Assembly: GCA_036867785.1 (NCBI GenBank)
Contig: CP145413.1
Span: 1,054,001 to 1,118,000 of the forward strand
Source: Plasmodiophora brassicae
Taxonomy: Eukaryota
Direction: 5' to 3'
Length of the DNA: 64,000 nt
The notes beneath the pieces are model-generated. The model saw nothing but the letters and a program-made list of their open reading frames with translations, was not told where the DNA came from and made no database searches. Below, piece by piece: positions 1-12,066 of this stretch. The position numbers and the translations under genes are program-made. How positions within the stretch are numbered: position 1 is the first letter of the stretch; the number at the start of each line of letters is the position of its first letter.

Positions 1-189
1 GGGTTCCGTCTGCCGTTGGTGAGTAAGATCGCCCCAGAGTTCTACGACTCGCGCTGGAAGAACTGGGACGGCGAGGGTCTCGTCATTCACGATTCCTGGA
101 CCCGCGTGATCTACGACTACATCACTATGCCGAACATGGGCCCGTTCTCCCGCATCAAACGCACCTGCGAAACCAAGAAGGCCGCCTGA
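1..189 (+). CDS. DEGS1: Sphingolipid delta-4 desaturase (DES1/DEGS1), C-terminal fragment cut by the window edge
   Basis: Frame 1 reads GFRLPLVSKIAPEFYD...HDSWTRVIYDYITMPNMGPFSRIKR...TGA(187-189). This matches the DEGS1 C-terminal signature LPxVxxIAPExY...SW..V.YD......GPYSR.KR. Confidence 0.85.
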   Translation, partial: GFRLPLVSKIAPEFYDSRWKNWDGEGLVIHDSWTRVIYDYITMPNMGPFSRIKRTCETKKAA

Positions 190-280
190 TATCCAATGCA
201 CACATTGTGCCGTACTAGTCCCACTCGCTGGTACTTCGATCTAATAACGGCAATAGGGTGTGCATCATGATCAGGATTCG

Positions 281-1038
281 TTAGTCGTCTGCCGAGAATG
301 ATGCTGGGGCCACTTTGGATACCTTCTTCTTCAGCTCGCTGTGCAGATCGGCTAGTTCCTTGCTAGGGCGTTTCGGCATGACGACTGCCAGTGTGTGCTC
401 CTGGCCTCGGCTCTCCACAGTCTTCTTCAGCTCATCGAGGAGTTTCTTCGGTGGCGTTGGGTGGTCGGGTTCCAGGCGCGCCACTTTCGCCGGTGACCCG
501 TGCGACTGATCGTCCGCCTTGCGTTTGTTCTGCTTGAGCTCCAGGTGGATCTGCTTCATCTGTGGCGTCGGCTTGTGCAGCTGCGGGGGCGGTGACCTGC
601 TCGCCACTGCCTGTTTCAGCTCAACAGCGATCGGTGCCGGCAGCGTATGACGCTGTGGACTCCCTGCCGCTCCCGCGTTCTTCTGTGGAGTGCCTGGCGA
701 AGCGGCCGCCTTCTTCGGGCTGGCGGCAGGCTTCTTCGAGGGGCTTCTGGGCGGGTTCGCTGGAGCCGCCTTCTTCGGGCTGGCGGCATGTTTCTTCGCG
801 GGGCTTCTGGGTGGGCTCATTGCCGCCTTCTTCGGGCTCGAGCTGGTCGCCGCGTCACCGACCTTCAGCAGCTCTTTGACGATGTCGGCCGTCTGCAGAT
901 ACAGGTCTCGGTTAGGGCAGGGAGTGACAGGCCGGCACCATCGCGTACCTTTTGGTTCGCTTTGATATCGTGCTTCTTGGCGAGATCCTGCAGATCCCGT
1001 CGCGCCATACCCTCCAGGGCTTCTTTCGTGTACCCCAT
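281..1038 (-). CDS. Basic protein with N-terminal SAP/HeH-like (NuSAP-like) motif, SPKK repeats and C-terminal ELK repeats; exons 1038-949 and 892-281
   Basis: Exon 1 MGYTKEALEGMARRDLQDLAKKHDIKANQK joins exon 2 TADIVKELLK... across a 56-bp GT-AG intron (948-893). Repeated SPKKAA/SPAKK/SPSKK motifs follow. Confidence 0.75.
705..838. repeat. Coding tandem repeat, about 2.3 copies with a 57-60 bp period, encoding the SPKKAA units
   Basis: gccgccttcttcgggct recurs at 705, 765 and 822 with similar intervening sequence. Confidence 0.85.
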
Positions 1039-1253
1039 CGAGCGCTTGACAAGTGTTTGGCCGGCCAGCCCGCGTGTTCGTAGTCCAGCAGGCAGGCAGA
1101 CAGTCGTTTCGCACTGGCACTGTCGCAAGGCGCAGCCCACGCTGCCAGTGACAGGAGGCTCGGCTAGCCGAGCAACGTTACGATGCGTCGAAGCGGCGGT
1201 TACTTGCACAGAAAGCCAACGGTGATCCCCATGTATTGATGAACAAGTCAAAT

Positions 1254-1604
1254 TCACGTTGCCGGTTGCGCGGCGACGGGTTCGTTCTTGGCCTTGGCGT
1301 GCCGGGGCGCGATGTTGTCGTTCAGGGCCGGCGCTTGCGTGCTGAGTATAAACGCGATCAGCATGCACATGATGACGACAGCGACGATAATGATGGCTAG
1401 GTAGCTCAAACTGCCGGAGCTAACGTTGGGAGTGTCAGTGCAGGCATCGTGGGAAGTCGGCGCAAGTAACGACCTCGTGAACCCCATCGTCCAGCCCTGC
1501 AGCGCTATCATCGTCGTTGAAAGCGTCTGCGTTCCAGGGATGGCCATACCGCAGACAGTGGCGATGCCACACAGAACGCTGTCGATCAGCGCCAAACCCG
1601 CCAT
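1254..1604 (-). CDS. Hypothetical small membrane protein
   Basis: ORF of ~116 aa with a hydrophobic N-terminus and a strong TM segment (YLAIIIVAVVIMCMLIAFIL). It fills the gap between two genes. No family recognised. Confidence 0.4.
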   Translation of the reverse strand: MAGLALIDSVLCGIATVCGMAIPGTQTLSTTMIALQGWTMGFTRSLLAPTSHDACTDTPNVSSGSLSYLAIIIVAVVIMCMLIAFILSTQAPALNDNIAPRHAKAKNEPVAAQPAT

Positions 1605-1941
1605 CAATCAAATCGTACCAGTCGCACTGAGCTCAGGACCCGTTTCCCCTTCGATTTCCCGACCCGACCCGATCCGGCTCGGTATCCTGGAAAACCCGAT
1701 GCGCGCCGAACTCGCAATAGCGACCGGTGTCCAGATGGCCCTTGTAATATTATTATACGTCATGTTCGATAGGTGCTTGAGTGCGGGGATCATTGTGACA
1801 GGACAGGAACAGATAACGCCAGTTGTCGCTCCAGGCTTATACGCTCGTTGTTCCAGGAAGTCCATGTTTCATACAGGTCGGATGCGGAGCTCAGGCGGTC
1901 CAATCTGGATGGCATCGAATCAGGACCCGGTTCGGATGTAA

Positions 1942-4900
1942 CTACCTAACAGCAACAGACGTTTCAGAAACGTCGCGGTTCACGACTGGCACGTCTCGCC
2001 GAGCGGGAATGGATCCAGATGACGCCACAAGCAGGTCTTCGAGTTCGTTCAGCGAGAATTCTGGGACCTGAAACAACGAGTTCACATCAGAACCAAGCAG
2101 GCCATAATTCGACGGCCAGCGTACCGCGTCAGATACGGACGACGCATCGAATTCCACTTTGTTCGAAGAAAGAGTCATCTCTGACTGGCGTTGGGCAAGG
2201 CGCGCCTTCAGCTTTGCTATTACCTCCAACCATTCATTCCCGAGACGCATCAGGGCCTCGCGATACTGGTCGGATCGTAACGCGGCTTCCTGACGCACCT
2301 GCCCGCTGTGATGTCAATACAACATTCAGCCTCTGGTGGGATCGTATCGACCTTATTGAGACGACTGGCGTCACGTTTGCGACCCTGAAGGTCCGCTTGC
2401 AACTTGTCGATAAGCTCTTGGCTTTTCGCCCGCTCCACCCTGAGCTGCCTCAGCTGGTCGTTGGCCACCTGCAGAGCTGAATCCTTCCTTTGCAGATCGC
2501 TTTTGACCTTGTGGAAGCTGGCCTGGACGTCGGACAGCTCGGACAGCCTTGCCTCGAGCTTCTCGACCTATCCGGAGCGTTCAACAGACGTAACCCACAT
2601 ATTCGGGTGACGTGTTTCCCCACCTTTGCCTGGAGCTCTTTGACGCGCGCTTGCTTTCTCGCCAGCTCGGCGCTCATCGAATAGATCTTCTCATGCACCT
2701 TCAGGCTGGCGCTCCGTACCTCGTTGTCAGCGTCGACAAGCCGCGCCAGTCGCTCACGAAGGTCCGCGATGGTTTTGTCCCGAGCGGACACCAGCTGCTG
2801 GAGGTGCTTAACCTGTCGCCAAGCGGTGATGTGAGCAAGCAAACGCACGGGAAGACCGATCAACGGTTGTGCCTTTTTGTCCTTCTCGTGGAGCTCGTTC
2901 TGCTGCTGGTCGAACTGGGCTTGAAGGCGTTGTTTGCCAGCTATGCCGTCAGCGTTGGAAGTAATTGTGTCCGTTAGCGTCTTGATCTGGGTCTTCTGTT
3001 GCTGAACTTTGCTTTCGAGCCGCGCTATTTGCTGAAACGACGACTCGTCAGGCCGATTGGAGGACCTCATGGCATGGATGGCACCTTGGCGAAAACGCCC
3101 CGATCGGGTGAGACGGATCTCGTCTTCACCGACGGAGACACAGACCGGGACACAGGAACGGTAGCCGCCATTTGCTGGGCCTGGTGGGCCAGTTGCTTTC
3201 GAAGAACCTTGCACTGGGCCACCGACGCTGACAGTTTCTGCTTCGCCTCTGCTGCCTTTTGCCGTTCCTGTTCGATTTGTTGTTGAAGTTCCTCGATCTC
3301 CTCACAGGCATTCCTAGAGAGTGCCGATTAACCCACCGCTGGTGACCAGGGCAGCAGGCAATGCCCGAACCTCGGTGATGTTGGACCGCACGGGTCAACC
3401 AGCTTCATCTTGGGCGCCTTGCCTTCACACTTAGCGGCTGACGAAGTCAACTGGTGGATTCGTTCCTCGTAACCGTTTACGGCCTGGTCGTGGTCTATCC
3501 GGAACCTGACCACGAGGCGCACATCAACGAGTGACGGCGACGATGAATGTAACCGTCCACCCGCACTTCTCAAATTCGTTCAACAGTGCCTCGAACTGCG
3601 CCGCATGCAGAGCAAGTTCTGCATCAGCTCGAGACTTTAGGTCGTTGAGCTGCTGTTCCGTCTCTGCCAGAACCTAATACAAACCTTAGAGAGATGCCCC
3701 ATCCCGGATCAGCAATTGTACGTCGCACACCCTCTGTTCAACGCTCTTCCGGTGACGTTCGATGCGGTTCTCGTGAACAGCCATTAGGTGCGTTCTCTCG
3801 TCGGCGAACGACGCCTTCAGAGCTTTCAGCTCTGCCTCGTGGGCCGCTTCCAGTGCTTCCACCTAGAGTCCATTATGAATCGAAGTGGGCCGTATTCAAG
3901 GCATTGGACCACCTTCGCGCGTAGTTGTTCAACTTCAGCCCTCAGCCCATCACATTTGTGCTTCACAAGGCGATGCCTCCTCTTCCAATACTTTTCGCTG
4001 GGCTCCTCGGTATGGCTCTGTTCACTGGATTTCTGCATGTCGACGTTAGTGCCCAGAGCACGGCCAGTTCGAGATCAGCGTTGAACCTCGTTCTGTTGAC
4101 GCGAGAGAATGTCGTGCAAACTGTTTGCCTCTGATTGAAGCAGGTCATTCCGACGGTGCAGACGGGACACTTCTTCTGACAGGTGTCGTCGCTCAGACTG
4201 TTCGTAGCAGATTCAGAGTACGTCCGCAGCGTTTCGATTGCATCACGTACTTCCAGTTCTGCAATCAGGGCGTCTGTCATGTCGACGATCTCATCCGGCG
4301 GCCGAACAGACGTCTAAGAGCACCGGCAAGGATTAAAGAAACGGAGCGAGCCTGGGTACGATAAGCCGACCTCTGCCGTGTCCGTCCCTGTATGACGTGT
4401 AACCAGAGACGACGTCTGCGTTGAAGCCAACGAAAATGTCGGCCTCGCTGAGAGCTTCAGCTTCATTTCCTGCGTTGCCAGCTAAGCACACTAGGCGACG
4501 CTTCATGTGCTTCAGACGGGACGCACCCGAAACGTGTTCAGCTGGCTGCGAAGCATTTCGACGCCGAGCATCAGTTTGGTCCGTTCCTACCCGAGAGTTA
4601 ACAGGCTGCCCAGGTGTGCGGTCGCGTCCAGCGGTCGCCCCACATCGCAGAGCGCGCAAATCGTCGGTTCCATCTGCTTCCAGGAATTGCCAATCTGACG
4701 GGCCTCGTGCTGGACGGTGTCGCGAACAGCGTTTATGTCGACCTCCTGGCCATCGAGACTGGTGCAGGCGGAGATCAGAATCGTGACGTGTTTGCTCATT
4801 TCCTGGGCCATATCGCCAAGTCAGCAGCCATCGCAGGCGTTTGCACACGAACAGTAACCTGTAGAATCGACCTAGCGATGATCACGTCCTTCAAAGAGCA

Positions 4901-7900
4901 ACTGGACACCGCTCGCGACGAATGCCCCTCTGCGTTGGTATGCACTGGGCGGTCCGGCGACGTGCGGGCGTCCCCTGGAAAGGGGCCCCTTCTGGGCAAC
5001 GTGGCATCGCTCACTTCGCAGCTATGGATCACCTAGACGTTTGTCTCAGCGCGCTGCATGGGGCCCAAAGGCCCGCCCTGACCTTCTGCTCCGGGTGCAG
5101 GTCTGCCTCGTTGTCGACCGTCGCCTAAGCGTGATGTTCAGTGTCAGAGCGGCGTGCCAGGGAGCCGTTCCCTACCTGCACGTCTGCATTTGCGCATGCA
5201 ACCGTGTCCGTCTGGGACATGGATTCAACCTGTGCGTGCCAGGTTAGAGCAGTCATCCCGTTGCGAACGCACGCCGAGCACTCGTTCGGTGGTAGGCGCC
5301 CCGGGCTCTGTCTCGGTGCTCTGATCACACGTCGTTGCTGCGCCATTGTTGATCGTCTGCCCCGCCACAACCGGCAGCTTGTCGGCGGGGGCGACCAGCA
5401 CCATATCACGCTGGTCGGCCTCGGCTAGTCGAGCCTCCAGCTCCTGGAGACCCGCCAATCAGGGAGCGCCCGGGTCGTTCCAGCCGAGGCGAACCTACGG
5501 CAACGGTCCTGCGATGCAGGGCACATTCGGATTGCAGGCTGTCGTTTAGCCGGTTGGAAGCGTCGAGGCGCTCCAGGAGCTCGGATTCCACGACCTTCAA
5601 CGCGGCGACATGGTGGGTGATCGTTCGCAGATCGTCGTCGCGGCCTGACCCGCCGCACGACTGTTGGGCACTGTCAGACCAAGACGGATCTCAATCGATC
5701 GTCCAGCACGGTCTACCGGTAGGGCGTCGATGAACTTCTCCAGCGACGACATTCGAGACCCGATGCTCTTCGCGTGAGCGACCTGGCAGTCGTGCACCGC
5801 CTGGGCAACCTGTCGTCATCAGTCAGAGAGAGGGTTCCCGTCATTCAGGCGATCGAGCGTGGCGCACCTGCGCGTCGGTGTCGGCTATCAGCGAATCCAC
5901 GTGTCGCAGCGCCCGATCCCTGTCCATGCAGCAGTCAGCCAGGATCGATAGGCTTGCCGGATACCCGCCTGCCTCTGCTGGGTTAACGTTGCGACCTGGG
6001 CCAGGTACTCTGCTTCGATGGCCGCGTCCAGGCGCACGACCGCCGGCAGGGCGGGAGGCGCCGTTCCGCACCGAACCGGATCGTCGGGAACCGTTTGCTG
6101 TTGGGCCGCAGCAGACTGCTGGCAGATGCCCAACTCTGTTCGTAACGCGTCGACGGCACACTCCAGGCGGCTGGACGCAGGCGATCAGCTGGCGATTCTG
6201 GCAGCACCAATTGCGAATGATCACAGAGGCACCTGATTTGTTGTCGTGCCAGAACGTATCGCTGGCGATGAAGCCTGTGCTCCGACCGGAGCCGTTGCCC
6301 CGACCGTTCCTGCTCCAGAAACTGTTCGCGGAAGACATCCACGAGGGCGGCCAGCCGGGTCGATTCGCATTTGGCCTCCAGCTAACGTGCACGTCAGTAC
6401 GTTCGATCCGATGGGGCAGGGCAAACCGCAGACGGACGCCTTCGACTAGGGCGGACATGGACTCGATGGCAGCCAGGCCGGCGTCTAATCGTTCCTGGGA
6501 TCGGTCGGCACAGTCCGGGCAGATCGTCGTTCCCTGTAGACGCTCCCGATCAAACTGTTCCCCTGCGTGGAAACCGACATGTGGGTGCCCCGTGTGAGAT
6601 CATCGCCCCGGTGACAGCGCGCTTACGAAGGCGGTCGAGCTGGCTCCCGTATCGTTCCCGCTGATCTCGAACCTCTTCGCGCAACACCCTGATCACTTCT
6701 TCCGCCTTTCGAAGTTCGCGATGTTTCCCTTGGAGCATTTCAATGCGTTTCGCCTGGATCGTGCCGTTGACATGCGATTGTCGTGTGGGAATCCACCACC
6801 CGCGCCGTACCTGCTGGCGAGCATGCGCTTGAAGCGTGGCACAGTACGCGTCAAGGGCGGCCGACGACGCCTGCCGTTGCTGGACGTCCCGCTGAAGGCG
6901 AAACACACGGTCCTCGAGCTGGTGAACGCGAGATCGGAGCAGGGTCGACGGCTGCTGCGCCTTCGCCGTCAATACGTTCGCCTCGCGAAGCCGACGTAGG
7001 GCGCCAGCTTCCTGTGCCTGCACGACCTTGTCAGCAGGAACCACAGGGGGCAGAACGACCACCGCCAGGTGACCTTGGTTGCCGATAGCTGGGCGGCCAG
7101 GGTCACAATCTGGGCGTTCTTCTCCTGCAGGCGCCTGTTCTCTTCCCCGCCTTGCAGAGCGTCGATCGTCCGCAACAGAATATCGGTGTAGGCCCTGCAA
7201 TCAACCAGCTCGCCTTCGAGCTGTTCGATCCGCTGGCAGCTGTCGGGACCGGCTTTGCCTGGCGTCTGCACGCTCGCCTCATCGCCTATGCGCCGAATGG
7301 CACCCATTCGTTCAGTATGGCATTGTTCACGGCCGGGGAAATGCGGCCGTACATTCAGGCGGACGCTCAACAGGTTGACGTTCCAGAACGGGTTCCAGAG
7401 GCGGCGGCTGTGGAATTGCCAGCAACGTGTGATCGTCCAGGTCGTCCGGCACGTCCTTGCAACCGCATGTTAGACCCGACCTCATCAGGTCCAGCGACGC
7501 CTGCAGGTCGGCGATGCGACGCTCGGCGTGTGCCGCATAGTCCCTCTCCGCCTGGAGCTCTGTCGCCACCTGCTGGGCTTCAATGCGGCACCGCTCGATC
7601 GTGGTTCGCTGATCTTCGTTCTCACGGATCAACGATTCCAACCGAGAATCGTACGACGCGGGTTCATGGCACATCGTCAACGCGGGCGAGACGTCCGACT
7701 CTGACCCGACCAGGGCTGTTTGCTGCAGGATCAGGTCACCCGACGTGTGAAGCCAGTTGCAGTAGTACCTCGAAGCCGTTCAATCTCGGCGCTCTGGGCT
7801 TCCATGCGCCTGGCAACGGCATCGGCTTCACGACAGTCGTCTTGGAGTGCATCGGCCTGCTTCTGGGACGCAGCGGCCTCAGCGTCCAGCTGTTTGCGAA

Positions 7901-10466
7901 GGGACTCGCACAGCGCCTGAAGACGTCGGATCTCGTCCGCGGTCTGAAACCGAACGGTTTAACGTAGTGGATGGTACGTGCCAGGAACCCGACCTCGGTA
8001 TCGTCAACGGGAACGCAGGAGTCGTCCGCCGTCGGCTTGGACAGCTTGGCAAGTCGAAGCTCGAACGTGACTCGTTGCATGTTGGCGCCGAGCTCAGCGA
8101 TTGCGCTGCGAGTACCCCGAATCAGGAGGTCAACCACCTAATAGGGACGCGAGCGTACCGAGCGTGCTCCATTTCGGACGCAGCCAGACGTTTCTGAAGG
8201 GCATCTCGCGACAGCCTCAGGGCGCGAAGCTTCCCATCAGCGATATCGACTGCAACATGGACTCTGTCAATCATTTGTAGGACGCCCAGGTCCGCCTCCT
8301 CGGCGCTGTTGCAGGTGCGATTGAACAAGGCGGCAATGGACTGTCGGATCACAGAGAGGCTTGGTCGCTCTGTCAATTCCATGCCCTGGTCCTGCTCTGC
8401 CTGGAGGTGCCGCTCGTGGTCTAGAACGGAGCACTGCGCCTTGCTATGTATTTCCTGCAGGCGGTCTAGCGCTGCCTGTCCCGGGCGTCACACGATGCCA
8501 TCCGGGGAAATGCACGACGGGCAAACGTACCTGAATCCGTTCAGTCTCTGCCCTCGAACGTTGCAGGTCGAGTTCAAGCCGGTCGACATTGCGTTCGCTC
8601 GCGCGTTCACTCGCTCTTGCTGCCTCCTCTTTGGACTTCTCGACGGCCCCTTCCATCGCAGACACACTTCGGTGGGCGTCGTCGAGTTTACTGAACGCAC
8701 AATCGTTACGACTCGCATGTGACGGTCTAGGCGTTGCTTACTCAGAGAGGGCCGATGTCTCCGCCTTCAGCTCCTCATTGGCCTCCTCCAACTGCCGAAT
8801 CCGGTCCTTCAGCCGATTGCATTCCTTTTCACAGCGCTTCAACAGCGCATTGCTGTCCGCCGTGCCCGCGATTTGCTCCTTCTGGTGGGAGATCTGGACG
8901 CAACGCTGGAATGAGGGGACGCGTTCTCAAATCACACACATGATGAGCGCTAACGGTGGCCTTCAGCTTGGTGACCTCGGCCTGGTGTCGCCTGGCAATC
9001 TCCGCGGCCTCCTTTCGGTGCCTCTCAATTTGCTCAATCAGCGCCTTTGGATCACCGTTCGCTTTCAGCTCCCGTAGCGATTGCTTGGCGGTCTTCAGGC
9101 GATCGGCCAGCCCCGCCTGTTGGCAACCACCTAAGCGCAACGCATTCGAATTCGCCGACGGCTCACGATACGTTCTCTATCTGAAGCTGGTCCATGGCCT
9201 GATCGTTGTTATCCAGGGACTTGGTCTGCTCCTAATTCGTCTACTCGTCAGCAACGAACCAACGTGGTGATCCCGTCGTGCATACCCTGAGCTGTGCCTG
9301 CAACCGGTCGACTTGCTCTGCATATTTCGCCTCCTTCAGCACGATCTCGGCCTGGGCATCGGCCAGTTTGGTTCGCAGCGTTTCCGATTCCGATGACATT
9401 GCCTGCACACACGTTTCGCCCGTTAGCACCTCTATTGGAAGGTAAGAATTCGACGCGCATGACCTCAAGCGATTTCTGCAACTCCACGATGGCGCTGGCC
9501 TTAACGAGGCAGTCGTCGGCCGTATGCCGAACCTTGTCTTCCAGATCCCGTATTTGGGTGTCCTTCGCACGCAAGATCTGAAGCACCTTCGCGTTCTTCT
9601 GCTCATTGTCGTCTCGCTCACGTTCCATCATCAGGTCGACCATGGCGGCAACCTCGGGCATGTCAGACGCCATCATGCTGGTGATGTCGTCAAACGATTT
9701 CGCCTTGCGACCAAGGTAGTCGCATTGCTGTCGTAGAACGTCCAGCTTGCACGTCAACTCGGTGTTGGCCGCTGAAAGTCCAGCGAGCTCGGCGTCACGT
9801 GCCTGCATCTGATGGGGCAGGCCATTCGTGGTAGGTGGTGATGCGGTCTCGTCGCGTTTAGCAGGAGCGGAGGGGAGACTAGGGGGCGCTGCTCGACGAG
9901 TATCGGCGTCTGGAGATGCAGGGCTACGCTGGGGAGGATCTGCGACCGGTTTCCCTGCCCGATTTATCGGCAGTACTGCTGCGGATGCACCCCCGTTCAA
10001 CTTGAGATCAGGTACAGGGAGGGCACCCCAGACGGAGAACAGCGCGAAGAACTTCTGTTTGAAGTACGACGACTTGATGTGGAATATCTGAACAGAGGCG
10101 GTTAGCCGACGGCCCGGGCGTCGTGCATGACGGATACATCGCGGTGCGTATGGGATTCGTCCTGGGAATGACGTCCCCGGGGCCTGGGGATCGGCTTCTT
10201 CAGCTGCAGGCGAATTTCCACGAGGGCCTGCTCGCCCGCCGCTAGACGAAGCCTGTCGGGGTGCACTGAGAAGCGGTCCGCGTTCCCAGGGGTAACCTCG
10301 AGGTCGACCGCACAGGTCAGCGGATTCGAAATGCGGATACACTGTGAATACACCTGCTCTCCCGGCAATGAGCACGCTTCCGCACACGATGGAGCGCGGC
10401 GCTGCTTACATGGTTGAGGCGAATCGCGCTGCCAAAGATGACCTCCTCCGGGTCCAGCCGCAGCAT
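1942..10466 (-). CDS. Very large multi-exon coiled-coil protein, centlein-like, with an N-terminal ASH/MSP Ig-like domain (could be more than one gene)
   Basis: A continuous chain of minus-strand heptad-rich exons separated by ~50-60 bp introns. The N-terminus MLRLDPEEVIFG...YSQCIRISNPLTCAVDLEV...FSVHPDRLRLAAGEQALVEIRL fits an ASH/MSP pattern. MPEVAAMVDLMMERERDDNEQKNAKVLQILRAKDTQIRDLE resembles the recalled centlein segment PDLTQVVSLVVEREK...KVLEILQVKD. The C-terminal PEFSLNELEDLL resembles the centlein tail. Confidence 0.6.
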
Positions 10467-10539
10467 GTGGTTGTGGGCAGGACCCGGACCGGCTGACCCC
10501 TGTACCATGTAGGGCCAAGTCAGGCGGGCGGCGGCATCG

Positions 10540-11844
10540 ATGGGGCAACGGGAGACGATCGTGATCAACAGGAGCCGCGCGGTGCCTCTGTGAAGGGCTG
10601 CGTCGTCGTCCACCCTGGGCGAACCGTTCTGCAGTACGTACACACCAGCATGGCTGCTGTTCGATACGTTGGCGCCCTCGTCGACGGCCGCATGCACGGC
10701 CGGGGCAGGATCATCCTGACCGACGACGGGTCCGTCGTGTTCGACGGCACGTTTCGTCATGGCGCCCGGGATGGATCTGGGACGTTGGCGTTACCGAACA
10801 AGGTGACAGTGGCGGCGCCGACCGTTGCCCGGGTCACGCTCACGTGCAACAACAACCACAGATAACGGTGACGTCGCAGTGGGCGGATGACGCCCTGGCC
10901 GGCGAGGCTGTCATCAACGTCGACGGGAAGGAGACGTACCGAGGCGCCATGTGCAACGGGAGGCGAGACGGCCACGGGCGTAACGAGTACGAAGGGGTCG
11001 GCGTGTATGTTGGGGCGTTCCGCAACGACAAGGCAGTGTCCCCATGGACCGGTGGCGGTATGGCACCCTGACTGTGTTCCCAGAGGCACGGGCGAGGCGT
11101 CATGACGTTCCACTGCGATCGGGGCGAGTACGACGGCGAGTGGTCGCTGGACGAGATCACGGGCAAGGGCAAGGCGACGTTCAAACCGCAAGGGATCGTC
11201 GCCCAGGGCGAATGGCAACGTGGGATGCTGCACGGCCGCGGCTGCATACAGTTTGCCAACGACGACAGATACGAAGGCGAATTCTGCAACGGGATGCGAT
11301 CCGGTCAGGGCGTGCTTACGATGGCGAACGGCGACGCCTACGCTGGGCAATGGGACAGCGACCTACCCAACGGGGAAGGCCGGTTCACGTCCTCGAACGG
11401 AGATATCTTCACTGGCCGCGTAAGACGGCCATGCTGTACTTTACTGACATTGGGACTGTGCTGAGAATAGGATGACCTCAGTTCGTTTGTGGCCGCCGGC
11501 AGGGTCAGGGACAATTGCGAATAGCGTCAACGGGAGAGACGCTAACGGGTGAATGGGTCGACGACATGCTGACCGGGCCGGGGAAATCGGTCAGGGACGA
11601 CGGCACCGTCTACGAAGGCGATTTCCTAGATGGCGTCCGCCATGGGTTCGGGACACTGACGCCAGGCGGGGACAGCGCTGGCAGGTACGAAGGCGCCTGG
11701 GTGGCGGGACGCCGCCACGGTCGTGGCCGAATCGAACTGCCGGACGGGTCTACTGTTGTCGGCCAGTTCGACCAGGGCGCCCTCGTCCGTGTCCTCGAAT
11801 ACACGTTCGCACGGGATAGCCCATGGGCCGACCCGTCAACATAG
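10540..11844 (+). CDS. MORN-repeat protein (multi-exon)
   Basis: Many YxGxF/WxxGxxHGxG repeats (YVGALVDGRMHGRG, YEGEFCNGMRSGQG, YEGDFLDGVRHGFG, YEGAWVAGRRHGRG) across exons joined by short GT-AG introns. Stop TAG at 11842-11844. Confidence 0.9.
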
Positions 11845-11936
11845 CTCTAAACATGTGTCAGCCGCGTCATCAGCAGCTGTTATCCGTTCCGGATGACAGG
11901 AGGTTCGGACGCGTGAGGTACCTGCAGTCATCAAAC

Positions 11937-11962
11937 TGCGCGACTGTGGGCAGGTCTATTTT
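11937..11962 (+). promoter_or_regulatory. Putative upstream element, copy 1 (CGYGAC-N11-CTATTT)
   Basis: tgcgcgactgtgggcaggtctatttt begins 130 bp before ATG 12067. The same spaced motif occurs upstream of the two paralogues. Confidence 0.5.
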
Positions 11963-12066
11963 CAGGGCCCCCATTTAGGCTCGCACTTGCCACCACTTCA
12001 CTGCAGGGGCCCGACTGAGGGCCGATCCCCGGTTGCTGCCCGAGAAGCACGTGCGATTGCAGGCCG

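Noticed and set aside
1254-1865. Two in-frame minus-strand ORFs separated by a single TGA (possible selenocysteine or readthrough)
   Set aside because: The upstream ORF looks non-coding, there is no redox motif around the TGA, and I identified no SECIS. An ATG follows two codons later, so chance adjacency is more likely.
5841-7967. Long plus-strand and alternative-frame ORFs (e.g. 5878-6597, 7152-7967) and many similar ones elsewhere
   Set aside because: They are antisense or shifted shadows of real GC-rich exons, with Arg/Pro/Ser-rich composition and no domain.
11953-11969. ggtctattttcagggcc resembles a histone 3' stem-loop, and SLBP is nearby
   Set aside because: It is 17 nt with an extra A that breaks the 6-bp stem / 4-nt loop. 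It follows a MORN gene rather than a histone gene, and it overlaps the shared upstream motif.
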